Assembly (NCBI GenBank): GCA_041666545.1
Contig: JBAYGS010000001.1
Location: 89,942 to 153,941, forward strand
Direction: 5' to 3'
From: Minisyncoccota bacterium
Lineage (GTDB): Bacteria; Patescibacteriota; Minisyncoccia; Phycocordibacterales; JBAYGS01
Length of the DNA: 64,000 bases
This document shows positions 19,412-27,864 of the stretch, one piece after another. The notes under the pieces were generated by a model, which was not told the DNA's origin, searched no databases, and saw nothing but the letters and a program-made list of their open reading frames with translations. The position numbers and the translations under genes were made by a program. Each line of letters opens with the position of its first letter. Position 1 is the stretch's first letter.

Positions 19412-20122
19412 TTAGCAGGCTTCGCCCAAAAACAGAAAGCCGTCACGGGTTTTGCCGTCTCTAATCCGCAAGGAAGTCTGAAACCATCGGTTAACTTCCT
19501 CATCATCAGACTTCGGTATCTCATCGTACAGGCACTGACTGTAGAGGTCATGTGACACGAAGGTTTGCTCATTGAAGCTACCGTTTCGGTCGCTCATGAG
19601 CACCTTTGCAGATTTTCGCCACTCGGCAGGAACAATTGGACTGGCCGGGTTTGCGGAAACCCTTTTGCAAAGTTTCCGCAAAAAACAGAACATGACGGGA
19701 TTTTGGGTGGTAAACCCAATCTTCCGAAGTCCAGACTCTGCGAACAGTGTCTTAACTGTCGCAATACCAACACCGCGAGTCTTGTGTTGTTTCCCAATCA
19801 AAACCCCAAACAGATAGAAGAGATCATGCTCTGAATGAAGATTGGCCGAGGCAAACCCGAGCACATCCGTGTCGGAATAGGCCAAGGCAAGCATGTCTCC
19901 ATCCTGCGTATGCTCCTTCACATCGTCATAAAAGCCCCGGCTTTCAGGACGGCCGAAACTAGATATTCCAGTTCGGTAGAGTTTTTCCAGCAGGGCCTCT
20001 GAGAAATCCTTTGGAGCTCTGCTGAAAGCTAGTTTAGGTTTTGCCAGCACCCCTACGCTGAAACCTCGAAACTTGACTTCTTTTCCACTACCAGCCAAAA
20101 CAAAATCGCTTGGCGTCTTCAT
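19412..20122 (-). CDS. GNAT-fold acyltransferase-like protein
   Basis: GVLIGKQHKTRGVGIATVKTLF resembles the GNAT motif A (R-x-x-G-x-A). 236 aa. First gene downstream of the T-box leader. Confidence 0.4.
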   Translation of the reverse strand: MKTPSDFVLAGSGKEVKFRGFSVGVLAKPKLAFSRAPKDFSEALLEKLYRTGISSFGRPESRGFYDDVKEHTQDGDMLALAYSDTDVLGFASANLHSEHDLFYLFGVLIGKQHKTRGVGIATVKTLFAESGLRKIGFTTQNPVMFCFLRKLCKRVSANPASPIVPAEWRKSAKVLMSDRNGSFNEQTFVSHDLYSQCLYDEIPKSDDEEVNRWFQTSLRIRDGKTRDGFLFLGEAC

Positions 20123-20164
20123 AATTGCTCCTCGATTGACGAAGATTTTAAGGAACTATTGCGG

Positions 20165-20420
20165 CAGTTTCTTGCCCAAAAGCAAGAATCCGCCCTTATA
20201 ACACAATCCAATGATTATGTACTAAGGGCGGATTACCGCGGTGCCACCTTATTTGCAAAAAGGTATTCCTTTCTGCCACTTCGCTGTCTTACGCCACTTC
20301 AGGCAAACAACAGCATTCCTGATAACGGGGGAGTCCGGATTTCCACTATCGCAGAAATCACTTTCGCTACCAACTATCTTACAGTCGGCAGCAAATTTCG
20401 ACCCAGCCCTCGGAAACATT
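20165..20420 (-). promoter_or_regulatory. T-box riboswitch leader (antiterminator bulge UGGC; discriminator-compatible with tRNA-Trp)
   Basis: Minus-strand sequence AAUAAGGUGGCACCGCGGUAAUCCGCCCUU matches the T-box consensus. Antiterminator: A1 AAGG:CCUU, 7-nt bulge UGGCACC, A2 GCGG:CCGC. Competing terminator AAUCCGCCCUUA...UAAGGGCGGAUU plus a U-run. Promoter TTGACA-N18-TAAACT. The Stem I specifier was not resolved. Confidence 0.7.
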
Positions 20421-20531
20421 TCGCCGAGGATCGAAATAAGTTTGTTTAAGTTTACTTGAATCCAACTCTTGGTGTCAACTTGACTTTTGTCTTCCAGATG
20501 ATAAGGTTCGGACAGGAAAGGACAATAACAA

Positions 20532-21902
20532 ATGAAAACGAAAGCCGTTCCGATTACCGAAATTAGTGAAATCCGTCGAATTCTCTGCCCACCAAATCTG
20601 GACCGTTCTGAACTGTTGGCGTCCAGGAGACAAGGGTCTCCTGAGCTAAAAGTCGAACAGGAAGTGCGAGCCATGAAATCTGTCACTTTCCACTGTGGAA
20701 AGTGTAAGGTCAATACGTGTGGCATCGAAAATGATCCTGGTGCCTCTGTCCGCCACTGTCCAGGCTGCAATTCAATCTTGATGCTCTGCCCGGTCTGCCA
20801 CAAGGCAACATCTGGCACGGAAAAATTCAAGATTCTCATCTGCGACAGTTGCCACACAGAGTTTGTCACCGACACAACAGTCCAATCGCTTATCGATATG
20901 GACCGCAAATCTCGACAAGTGGTACTCTCTGGAATCCGGGCGACCAACCGTCTTCACCTGGGAAATTTCCTGGGTGCAATCCGACAGTTCGTCCAGTATT
21001 CAACAGGCGACAACCTGTGTCTCTATTTCATTGCCGATTGGCACACTCTGACGACCTGTCAGGATGCCGCCACCGTTACCGGCAACAGTGTTGAAATCGC
21101 CATGAATTACATCGCCGCAGGACTCGATCCGGAGCGATCAATCATCTACGCGCAGTCCAGTGTTCCAGAAATTGCCGAGCTTGCCCTGTATCTTTCGATG
21201 ATTCAGGACAAAGGTGAACTCGAAGTTCTGCCGACACTCAAGGATCTGCTCCGTGGTGGTGCCAACATGAATCTGGGCCATCTCTCTTACCCGGTCCTCA
21301 TGGCTGCCGACATCCTGGGTCCAAAGGCGACCTTAGTGCCGGTTGGTTCTGATCAGATTCCAAATGTTGAATTGGCGCGTCGTTTGGCGAAGAAGTTCAA
21401 CCGCCGTTTCGGCCAGACCTTCGTGATTCCCGAAATCGGAGAGCAGAAGGTTAAGATCCCGGGCCTCGGTGGCGGTAAAATGGCCAAGTCAGACGAAAGT
21501 TCCTGCATCTTCATTGATGACGCCGCTGAGGTTGTGGCGAAAAAGTATGCCAAGCACGGAGTCACCGACAAGAACAAGGTCAAACGCGACGATTCCGGTG
21601 TTCCCGAAAATTGTGCCTCAATCTATCCGGTCTACCAAGTCCTTCTTGGGGAGGAGTCCTCCTTGCTTCAAGAAGTTGCAAACGGATGTAGGGTCGGTTC
21701 GCGAACCTGCCAGGAGTGCAAGGCTGAACTCGCCAAAATGGTGAACTCAATTCTTGAACCAGTTCGCGTCAAACGCCGCGAACTGGGGGGGAAGAGGGAA
21801 TTCGTCCGTGAAGTCCTGCACTTCGGTGGCTTAAAAGCCCGTGAGATAATTCGGCCGACCCTCGAGCTGGTTCGAGAAAAGCTCGGTATCATCGCGCCTT
21901 AG
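20532..21902 (+). CDS. trpS: tryptophanyl-tRNA synthetase paralog with N-terminal tandem zinc-ribbon extension
   Basis: Core: VVLSGIRATNRLHLGN (HIGH), YPVLMAADIL, VPVGSDQIPNVELARRLAKKFN, KMAKS. The N-terminal 120 aa carry four CxxC pairs (HCGKC/HCPGC, LCPVCH/ICDSCH). A canonical-looking internal start exists at 20898 (MDRKSRQVVLSG). GC-richer than the backbone. Confidence 0.75.
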   Translation: MKTKAVPITEISEIRRILCPPNLDRSELLASRRQGSPELKVEQEVRAMKSVTFHCGKCKVNTCGIENDPGASVRHCPGCNSILMLCPVCHKATSGTEKFKILICDSCHTEFVTDTTVQSLIDMDRKSRQVVLSGIRATNRLHLGNFLGAIRQFVQYSTGDNLCLYFIADWHTLTTCQDAATVTGNSVEIAMNYIAAGLDPERSIIYAQSSVPEIAELALYLSMIQDKGELEVLPTLKDLLRGGANMNLGHLSYPVLMAADILGPKATLVPVGSDQIPNVELARRLAKKFNRRFGQTFVIPEIGEQKVKIPGLGGGKMAKSDESSCIFIDDAAEVVAKKYAKHGVTDKNKVKRDDSGVPENCASIYPVYQVLLGEESSLLQEVANGCRVGSRTCQECKAELAKMVNSILEPVRVKRRELGGKREFVREVLHFGGLKAREIIRPTLELVREKLGIIAP

Positions 21903-21920
21903 TTCACTCAGTTCATCTAG

Positions 21921-21947
21921 CCCCGCGAAGCAATTCACGGGGTTTTT
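21921..21947 (+). terminator. intrinsic terminator after trpS paralog
   Basis: ccccg-cgaagcaattca-cgggg followed by ttttt. Confidence 0.6.
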
Positions 21948-22292
21948 AATTTGCCAAATCAGCTTGACACACTGTGTGCGAGCGCTAAACTTTACGGTAG
22001 AGGAACATACCAAGAAAGGACAGACGTTATGAGTGCAACCTCAACCGAGCCGAAAGTCACCAGTGATGGCCGTTTGTTCTATTGCAAAACACTCGACCAG
22101 TGGTTTAGCATCGAGGCCATCGAAGCTGATCCGCATTTGAGCCTGCAGGAAGACGAGACGGTGAAATTTTCGCCGAGCGCCGACAAGGAGGCATCCGTAG
22201 CCTAATTTGGCCATTTCCACCAAGCCCCGCCGCCCTAAAACCTAGTGGCGGCTTTTAATTTTCGAGGACTAATCATCTGCTATAATCAAAAC

Positions 22293-22790
22293 ATGGAAAT
22301 CAAATCGACTTTCACAAATCAGGCCAATCAGGTTCTAGATGTGATTTATCGCGAGGCCAACCCGACCAATAGGCTCGAAGGTAGAATTGTGCAAGGCGTC
22401 CACGCCTTCTGTTTCTGCGAAGGCAAATTTGTCCTGGTCTACAATGGAGAAAAGGGAAGTTGGACGCCACCAGGTGGTGGCATCGAGCCAGGCGAAACCT
22501 TTGAAGAAGCCGTCACTCGCGAGGTCAAGGAGGAAACGAATATGCGCGTTTTACAGCAGAAATTTATCGGTTATCAAGATGTCTTCGAGCCAACAAAAAT
22601 TGTCAGACAGACCCGTTCGGTTTGTCTCGTTGAGCCTTTTGGCGACTTCATCTCCGACCCGGACGGAGACATCACTGAAATCAAGCTTATCGACCCTTCC
22701 GACTATAAAAAATACTTCGACTGGGGAGCGGTTGGCAGTCACCTCATGTCCAAGGCTATAAAGATCGCAAACAGTCTCAAGAAGGAATAA
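22293..22790 (+). CDS. NUDIX hydrolase
   Basis: Nudix box GGGIEPGETFEEAVTREVKEETN. A TATAAT lies just upstream of the ATG at 22293. Confidence 0.75.
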   Translation: MEIKSTFTNQANQVLDVIYREANPTNRLEGRIVQGVHAFCFCEGKFVLVYNGEKGSWTPPGGGIEPGETFEEAVTREVKEETNMRVLQQKFIGYQDVFEPTKIVRQTRSVCLVEPFGDFISDPDGDITEIKLIDPSDYKKYFDWGAVGSHLMSKAIKIANSLKKE

Positions 22791-22795
22791 AAGCG

Positions 22796-22900
22796 CCTCA
22801 CTACTCACCACCCACCACTCACTACTCACTACTCACTACTCACTACTCACTACTCACTACTCACTACTCACTACTCACTACTCACTACTCACTACTTACC
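22796..22900. repeat. tandem 9-bp repeat (ctcactact) x ~11
   Basis: Seen directly. On the minus strand it reads agtagtgag, matching the AGTAGT repeat family at 55151-55181, 55566-55599 and 61391-61430. Confidence 0.9.
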
Positions 22901-22937
22901 CCCTCACACTATCCACATTTTGTCTATGGGCTTATTC

Positions 22938-22961
22938 GCGCGAATGGTAGAATAGATGAGG
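22938..22961 (+). promoter_or_regulatory. palindromic operator ttcgcgcgaa fused to extended -10 (tggtagaat), copy 1
   Basis: ttcgcgcgaatggtagaatagat is repeated verbatim at 24099-24122. The palindrome attcgcgcgaat recurs at 23264-23275. Confidence 0.55.
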
Positions 22962-23012
22962 GGGTCGAGAGTAGATAACAGAGAGCAAATGTAAATTGAA
23001 GTAAAGAATAAA

Positions 23013-23273
23013 ATGAATAATTTGGAAAAAATTTTAAAAGCTGTGGCAAATAAACGACGCATCGCCATTATTAAATATTTAGCGCTAAACAAAGAGGCGA
23101 GTGTGAGCGACATTTCGACCATAATCAAGCTCTCATTCAAGGCCACCTCCAAGCACCTGGGCGTTCTATACGCGGCTGATATTGTTGAAAAGGAACAGCG
23201 AAGTCTGCAAATGTTCTACCGTCTGGCCAGCACTCATCCGGTCATTAAATATATCTCTGATTCGCGCGAATAG
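23013..23273 (+). CDS. ArsR/SmtB-family winged-helix transcriptional regulator
   Basis: Metalloregulator-like HTH: NKRRIAIIKYLALNKEASVSDISTIIKLSFKATSKHLGVLYAADIV. Confidence 0.7.
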   Translation: MNNLEKILKAVANKRRIAIIKYLALNKEASVSDISTIIKLSFKATSKHLGVLYAADIVEKEQRSLQMFYRLASTHPVIKYISDSRE

Positions 23274-23401
23274 GCGAATAATAAGGTGGCGGTGAATTTT
23301 TGGGTGCAGACAAAATCTCGCGTCCGAAAAAACAAGACAAGAAAGTCAGGATCTGGTATAATTTTGGCACAGTCAGCCACGAAATACCCATCCTATTCAG
23401 A

Positions 23402-24100
23402 ATGAATCGATTTTTTTTAATTTCACCTTTGGTATTACAGACTCTGATTTGGCCGATTACTCGACCAGTTTTTCGTTTTTTTCTGCACCTCAAAATCGAC
23501 GGGGTGGAAAATCTAAAGTCTGTCACGAATAACCACGGCCTGATTTTTGCTTGCAATCACTCAAGTGAGCTTGATCCGATTCTCGTGCCGGCCAGCTTAC
23601 CGTTTCTATCACGATTGATGCCGATGTTTTACACCTCACGAGAGCAGAAGTTCTATCAGAACAGCGGCTGGCGACAAATATTCTACGGTGGACTATTTTT
23701 CAAAATTTGGGGCTCGCACGCGCTTCATTCGGGAAAACACAACTACGCCGAATCACTCCAAGACCACATTAAGATTTTGGGCCATGGTAAAAGTTTACTG
23801 ATTTTCCCCGAAGGCCGAAAAACTAAAGACGGCCAAATGCAGGAAGGGCACGGGGGAGTGGCTTTTTTGTCGCACACTCTCGACATTCCGATTGTGCCGG
23901 TACACATCAGTGGCCATTTCCAAATCTCCCTTTCAGATTTCCTACTCCGCCGACGCCACGTCAAGGTTGCATTTGGAAAAGCGATGAATCAGTCAGATGT
24001 TTTCGCTGGTATTCAATCACCATCAAGTCCAGACGGTAACGCCGAATATTTTAAATCTGCCGCCCAGAGTGTCATGCTTGAAATCAGCAAACTCGGCTAA
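23402..24100 (+). CDS. 1-acyl-sn-glycerol-3-phosphate acyltransferase paralog
   Basis: NHSSELD and FPEGRKT motifs. About 50% identical to the 16540..17232 product across its length. Confidence 0.75.
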   Translation: MNRFFLISPLVLQTLIWPITRPVFRFFLHLKIDGVENLKSVTNNHGLIFACNHSSELDPILVPASLPFLSRLMPMFYTSREQKFYQNSGWRQIFYGGLFFKIWGSHALHSGKHNYAESLQDHIKILGHGKSLLIFPEGRKTKDGQMQEGHGGVAFLSHTLDIPIVPVHISGHFQISLSDFLLRRRHVKVAFGKAMNQSDVFAGIQSPSSPDGNAEYFKSAAQSVMLEISKLG

Positions 24101-24122
24101 TTCGCGCGAATGGTAGAATAGA
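24099..24122 (+). promoter_or_regulatory. palindromic operator + extended -10, copy 2 (near-leaderless start of 24124 ORF)
   Basis: Identical 24-mer to 22938-22961. The ATG lies 7 nt after TAGAAT. Confidence 0.55.
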
Positions 24123-24123
24123 T

Positions 24124-24609
24124 ATGTACCCAAAAAAGCAAACGAAAATCATCGAAGATTTTTACGATACAGACCAACAATCTATTAAGCTATTTAGACT
24201 AGGGAAGTTGTCTGGACCAGAATTAGAAAAAATAAACCAAGAAAGCACAGAGACACTTAAGCAGATTATCGCTGAATATGGTTTTCCGTTTAGAAACGTG
24301 GCCTCAGAAAAGGCCTACTTAAGCGCCTTTTTAATTACACAGCACTCCTGCGACCACGGCTTTATGGGCAAGGTAATTGAAATATTTTTAAAAGCAAACA
24401 ATGAGCAGATTCGTCGAAAGGATTTGGGGTATCTGATTGACCGACTGAGAATTTTAAAAAATCTCCCCCAGCTCTACGGCACGCAATACAAGAAAAATGG
24501 CGACGATGTTCAGTTCCTGCCAATCGAGGACGAGGCAAACCTAGAAAAACGCCGCGCCGATTTGGAAATGGGCAGTTGGGACGATTATAAAAAACTAATT
24601 CGCGGTTAG
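24124..24609 (+). CDS. hypothetical protein
   Basis: 161-aa ORF immediately downstream of the repeated operator/promoter. Confidence 0.5.
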   Translation: MYPKKQTKIIEDFYDTDQQSIKLFRLGKLSGPELEKINQESTETLKQIIAEYGFPFRNVASEKAYLSAFLITQHSCDHGFMGKVIEIFLKANNEQIRRKDLGYLIDRLRILKNLPQLYGTQYKKNGDDVQFLPIEDEANLEKRRADLEMGSWDDYKKLIRG

Positions 24610-24694
24610 GGTCGGTATAACCAAGTGATTTATAAAATTGCGTGGTCGGTTTCAGAAAAAAGGGGAAGAGTCTGAAAATTTGATATATACCCTC

Positions 24695-24793
24695 ATGCTA
24701 AGCCAAAGAGCGATTGAGAAGATGTTGAGTATTAAAGAGGGGACTCGAATTACGGCCGAGGAGATGGCCAAGAGTTTGAAGATGGCCTTTTAA
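24695..24793 (+). CDS. small conserved peptide, copy A (MLSQRAIEKMLSIKEGTRITAEEMAKSLKMAF)
   Basis: Paralog of 26908..26991, inside a duplicated ~150-bp block. It is followed by a truncated copy of the hydrolase start (ATGAATTTTGAAGAGCAGTTTTAG). Confidence 0.35.
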   Translation: MLSQRAIEKMLSIKEGTRITAEEMAKSLKMAF

Positions 24794-24971
24794 TTAAAAT
24801 TTTGACTTTCCGCATGAATTTTGAAGAGCAGTTTTAGAATTTTTGCTGGTTGTTGGAACAATATTGCTCATGTTGACAGTAATATATAGAGTACTTATAC
24901 TTAACATCAGAGAACCGTAAATGCGGTTACTCCTAACAACCAGTCAAACCCCAAATGGTGAGGAAATCAGT

Positions 24972-25181
24972 ATGATAAGCAGACCAGTCCCCGACAGCTC
25001 TTTTGTGAAATCGAGCTACAGCCAGCCAGGAGGAATCATCAATTGTGTTGCCGTGGCCCGCACCCCCGATGTGGTGGCGGTTCGCGACACAAAGGATCCT
25101 TCCAAAACAACCCTCGCATTTACACACTCCGAATGGAAGGCGTTTTTGCAAGGAGTTCGTGCCGGTGAATTCGACATCTGA
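24972..25181 (+). CDS. DUF397-family protein
   Basis: SSYSQPGGIINCVAVA...VAVRDTKDPSKTTLAFTHSEWKAFLQGVRAGEFD matches the DUF397 signature known from actinobacteria. RBS gaggaa upstream; the ORF is open from 24921. Confidence 0.7.
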   Translation: MISRPVPDSSFVKSSYSQPGGIINCVAVARTPDVVAVRDTKDPSKTTLAFTHSEWKAFLQGVRAGEFDI

Positions 25182-25203
25182 ACGACGACACGGATACTAA
25201 AGG

Positions 25204-25225
25204 GCACGCGAAAAACGTGCTCTTT
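25204..25225 (+). terminator. intrinsic terminator after DUF397 gene
   Basis: gcacg-cgaaaaa-cgtgc followed by tcttt. Confidence 0.5.
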
Positions 25226-25256
25226 ATATTTTCAAATAGATATCGGAAAAATAAAA

Positions 25257-26867
25257 ATGATGATTAAAGTCAAAAATATTTCAAAAAGCTACGGAACACT
25301 CGTTGCTCTCAATGAGATATCTTTTTGTCTGGAAGATAGATGGAAAGTCGCGCTTGTCGGACCAAACGGCACAGGGAAAACTACTTTGCTCAAAATTCTT
25401 GCTGGCATAGAAGATTATGATGGTGGCTCGATCAAATACCCAGCCAAAATTCGAATTGGTTATTTGCCTCAAGATGTAAGTTTTGTCGAAGAGATGACAA
25501 TACTCTCATATATTCATCTTGTGTCTGACTTTGGAAATAAGGCTGGGAGCAAAGCGGCTGAATATAATTTTGAGCATCAAATGAAACTGGTACTGGCAGG
25601 TTTTGGTTTGGGTGACATTTCTCTAGACAGAGAGCTTTCAAGTTTAAGTAGTGGGCAGAAAACAAAAATTGCGCTTACTGGATTGCTACTTAAAGACGTT
25701 GACCTTTTGCTGCTTGATGAACCGACCAATAATCTTGACATACCCTCTCTCATTTGGCTTGAGGATTTTCTTAAAAAATCCCACGCAATTTACATTGTCG
25801 TCTCCCACGATAAACGCTTCTTGGATAACGTGACTAGTAGAGTTTTGGAGCTGGATTGGGCGAAACATACTATAACCGCAGAAAAAGGCAGTTATAGTTC
25901 CTACCTCGAAAGAAAATTAAAGTTGATTAAGCGACAAAAGGAATCATATCTATCTCAGCAACAGGAAATTGAACGACTTACGCTGGAGGCAAAAAAAAGA
26001 AAAGAAAAATCTGCTAAGGGCACACGCTGGACGGGGACGGACAACGATAAGTTTTTAAGAGGTTTCAAACGGGAACAAGCTGGTAAATCAGGGCGGGGGG
26101 CTAAGACGTTGGAAAAGCGAATTGAACAGATGGAAGAAATTGAAAAGATTGAAGAAAAAATCCCGCTCAATATCAACCTAGAAGCTATACATTCAGGTGC
26201 ACAGGCGGATATCAATCTGGTCGATGCGGTGGCGCGCTATGCTAGTGGTTTTTCCGTTGGCCCTGTTTCTCTGGAGATTAGATACGGTAAACGAATTGGC
26301 CTAGTCGGAGAAAATGGTTCGGGCAAATCGACCTTGCTCAAAATTATTTCGGGAGAAACTATGCCTAAAAGTGGCCAGACTAGCATTGGTTCAGGAGTTC
26401 GTGTCGGCAATATGATGCAGGAACATAACAATCTTCCACGAACCGAAATGGTGATGACCTTTTTAATGCAAAAGACAGGACTTGCCGAGAATGAGATTTA
26501 CAACGCTTTAGTAAAAATTGGTTTCTCTGAGAGAAATATTCGAGGTCAGATTTCAGAATTAAGCCCAGGTGCCCGTGCCCGACTTTCGCTCACAATATTC
26601 TCTCTACTCTCTGTAAATGTCTTGATCCTAGACGAGCCGACAAATCATCTGGACATTGAAGCCACCGCAGTTTTGGAAGAGTTACTTAAAAAGTATGAAG
26701 GAACGGTTATTTTAGTCTCTCATGATCGTTATTTTCTTGAAAAAACGCGACTGGATTCTATCTATCTACTCGAACACAAAATTATCAGAAGAATTTCAGG
26801 CCTACAGGAATATACTGCTCAAGCCGAAAAAGATGCACAAAAATTATTAAAAAAATTAGCTTTCTAA
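25257..26867 (+). CDS. ABC-F family ATPase (tandem ABC domains, no TMD)
   Basis: Two Walker A sites (GPNGTGKTT, GENGSGKST), two signature motifs (LSSGQKTK, LSPGARAR) and a charged inter-domain linker. 536 aa. Confidence 0.85.
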   Translation: MMIKVKNISKSYGTLVALNEISFCLEDRWKVALVGPNGTGKTTLLKILAGIEDYDGGSIKYPAKIRIGYLPQDVSFVEEMTILSYIHLVSDFGNKAGSKAAEYNFEHQMKLVLAGFGLGDISLDRELSSLSSGQKTKIALTGLLLKDVDLLLLDEPTNNLDIPSLIWLEDFLKKSHAIYIVVSHDKRFLDNVTSRVLELDWAKHTITAEKGSYSSYLERKLKLIKRQKESYLSQQQEIERLTLEAKKRKEKSAKGTRWTGTDNDKFLRGFKREQAGKSGRGAKTLEKRIEQMEEIEKIEEKIPLNINLEAIHSGAQADINLVDAVARYASGFSVGPVSLEIRYGKRIGLVGENGSGKSTLLKIISGETMPKSGQTSIGSGVRVGNMMQEHNNLPRTEMVMTFLMQKTGLAENEIYNALVKIGFSERNIRGQISELSPGARARLSLTIFSLLSVNVLILDEPTNHLDIEATAVLEELLKKYEGTVILVSHDRYFLEKTRLDSIYLLEHKIIRRISGLQEYTAQAEKDAQKLLKKLAF

Positions 26868-26907
26868 ATTTTTCGGCAGAAAGATAGGGATTTGATATAA
26901 TACCCCC

Positions 26908-26991
26908 ATGCTAAGCCAAAGAGCGATTGAGGAAATGCTGGGGATTAAAGAGGGGACTCAGGTCACAGCCGAGGAGATGGCGAAATTATAA
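26908..26991 (+). CDS. small conserved peptide, copy B (MLSQRAIEEMLGIKEGTQVTAEEMAKL)
   Basis: Paralog of 24695..24793 with conservative substitutions. Immediately upstream of the intact hydrolase gene. Confidence 0.35.
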   Translation: MLSQRAIEEMLGIKEGTQVTAEEMAKL

Positions 26992-27013
26992 TCAGAATTT
27001 TTGAATTTGCAGT

Positions 27014-27829
27014 ATGAATTTCGAAGAGCAGTTTCGGAAAAAATTTTCAGTAACTGTCCGCGGTAAAAACATTTACTTTGTGGATGTTGCCCCAAATCAA
27101 GCGGTCGAGGTGCCGATTTTTTTGGGACCCGGTTGGGGAGAGACACCGAATACCTTTAAGGATACCATCCGGGTGTTATTTGAGGCCGGATTTCGGGTTT
27201 TATGTGTTGAACATTCAAGGCAGGATCTGAAATTGATTACAAAGGGCAATTTGCCTCATCTGGAATTACAAAAAGCTGAGACTATCCTGCAAATACTGGA
27301 GGCGCAGAAAGTGGACGCAGTCAGCCTGATTGCTCATTCTGAAGGAGCTATTAATTGTATTATATCGGCTTCGCTCCGGCCGGAACTTTTTCGGAACATG
27401 ATTCTAGTTGGACCCTGTGGCCTGATGCGAGAAGAGACATTCATTAAACTAGTTGGCCGTTTTATTCTGAACCTATTGGAGGGGGTGGCTAGAGCCGCTA
27501 GAGAACCGGCGGCCCGCGTTCGATTGTTGCGATCTGCTGAAGAAACCGCAAAATATTTTCTTAAGAACCCGATTATGGGCCTACTTGAGGGCGGAGCCAT
27601 TTCTCATACCAAGCTTTTGGTTCTTTTAGAAAAACTATACCGAAGCGGTCTCAAGGCTGTAATCATTCACGGCTCTGACGATTGGGTTTTCCCAATTAAA
27701 GGGATGCGAGACCTTAGAAATTTAAGCTACATAGACTTTCATTTGGTTAAAGGCGACCATCATGATATTTATGCCAATCCAAAAAATTACCTATCATTCT
27801 TTAAGGACAGTCTCGCTAAGACAAATTGA
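27014..27829 (+). CDS. alpha/beta-fold hydrolase
   Basis: Nucleophile elbow AHSEG, conserved Asp/His downstream. 271 aa. Confidence 0.65.
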   Translation: MNFEEQFRKKFSVTVRGKNIYFVDVAPNQAVEVPIFLGPGWGETPNTFKDTIRVLFEAGFRVLCVEHSRQDLKLITKGNLPHLELQKAETILQILEAQKVDAVSLIAHSEGAINCIISASLRPELFRNMILVGPCGLMREETFIKLVGRFILNLLEGVARAAREPAARVRLLRSAEETAKYFLKNPIMGLLEGGAISHTKLLVLLEKLYRSGLKAVIIHGSDDWVFPIKGMRDLRNLSYIDFHLVKGDHHDIYANPKNYLSFFKDSLAKTN

Positions 27830-27864
27830 GCGTTTAGGTTATCCGTTTACCACGTGAGCCTGGT

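Noticed and set aside
20226-20252. T-box consensus read on the plus strand (as if regulating the downstream plus-strand trpS paralog)
   Set aside because: On the plus strand the ACCGCGG element precedes GGUGCCACC, so the order and antiterminator pairing fit only the minus strand. No terminator or U-run precedes the plus-strand gene.
20249-20947. 232-aa minus-strand ORF
   Set aside because: It spans the T-box leader and overlaps the zinc-ribbon region and canonical start of the plus-strand TrpRS paralog. Its translation is compositionally odd. It is treated as a spurious antisense ORF.
21951-22205. 84-aa ORF after trpS paralog
   Set aside because: Short and GC-rich, with no motif or RBS support. 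It may be real (possible start MSATS at 22029) but was not reported as a feature.
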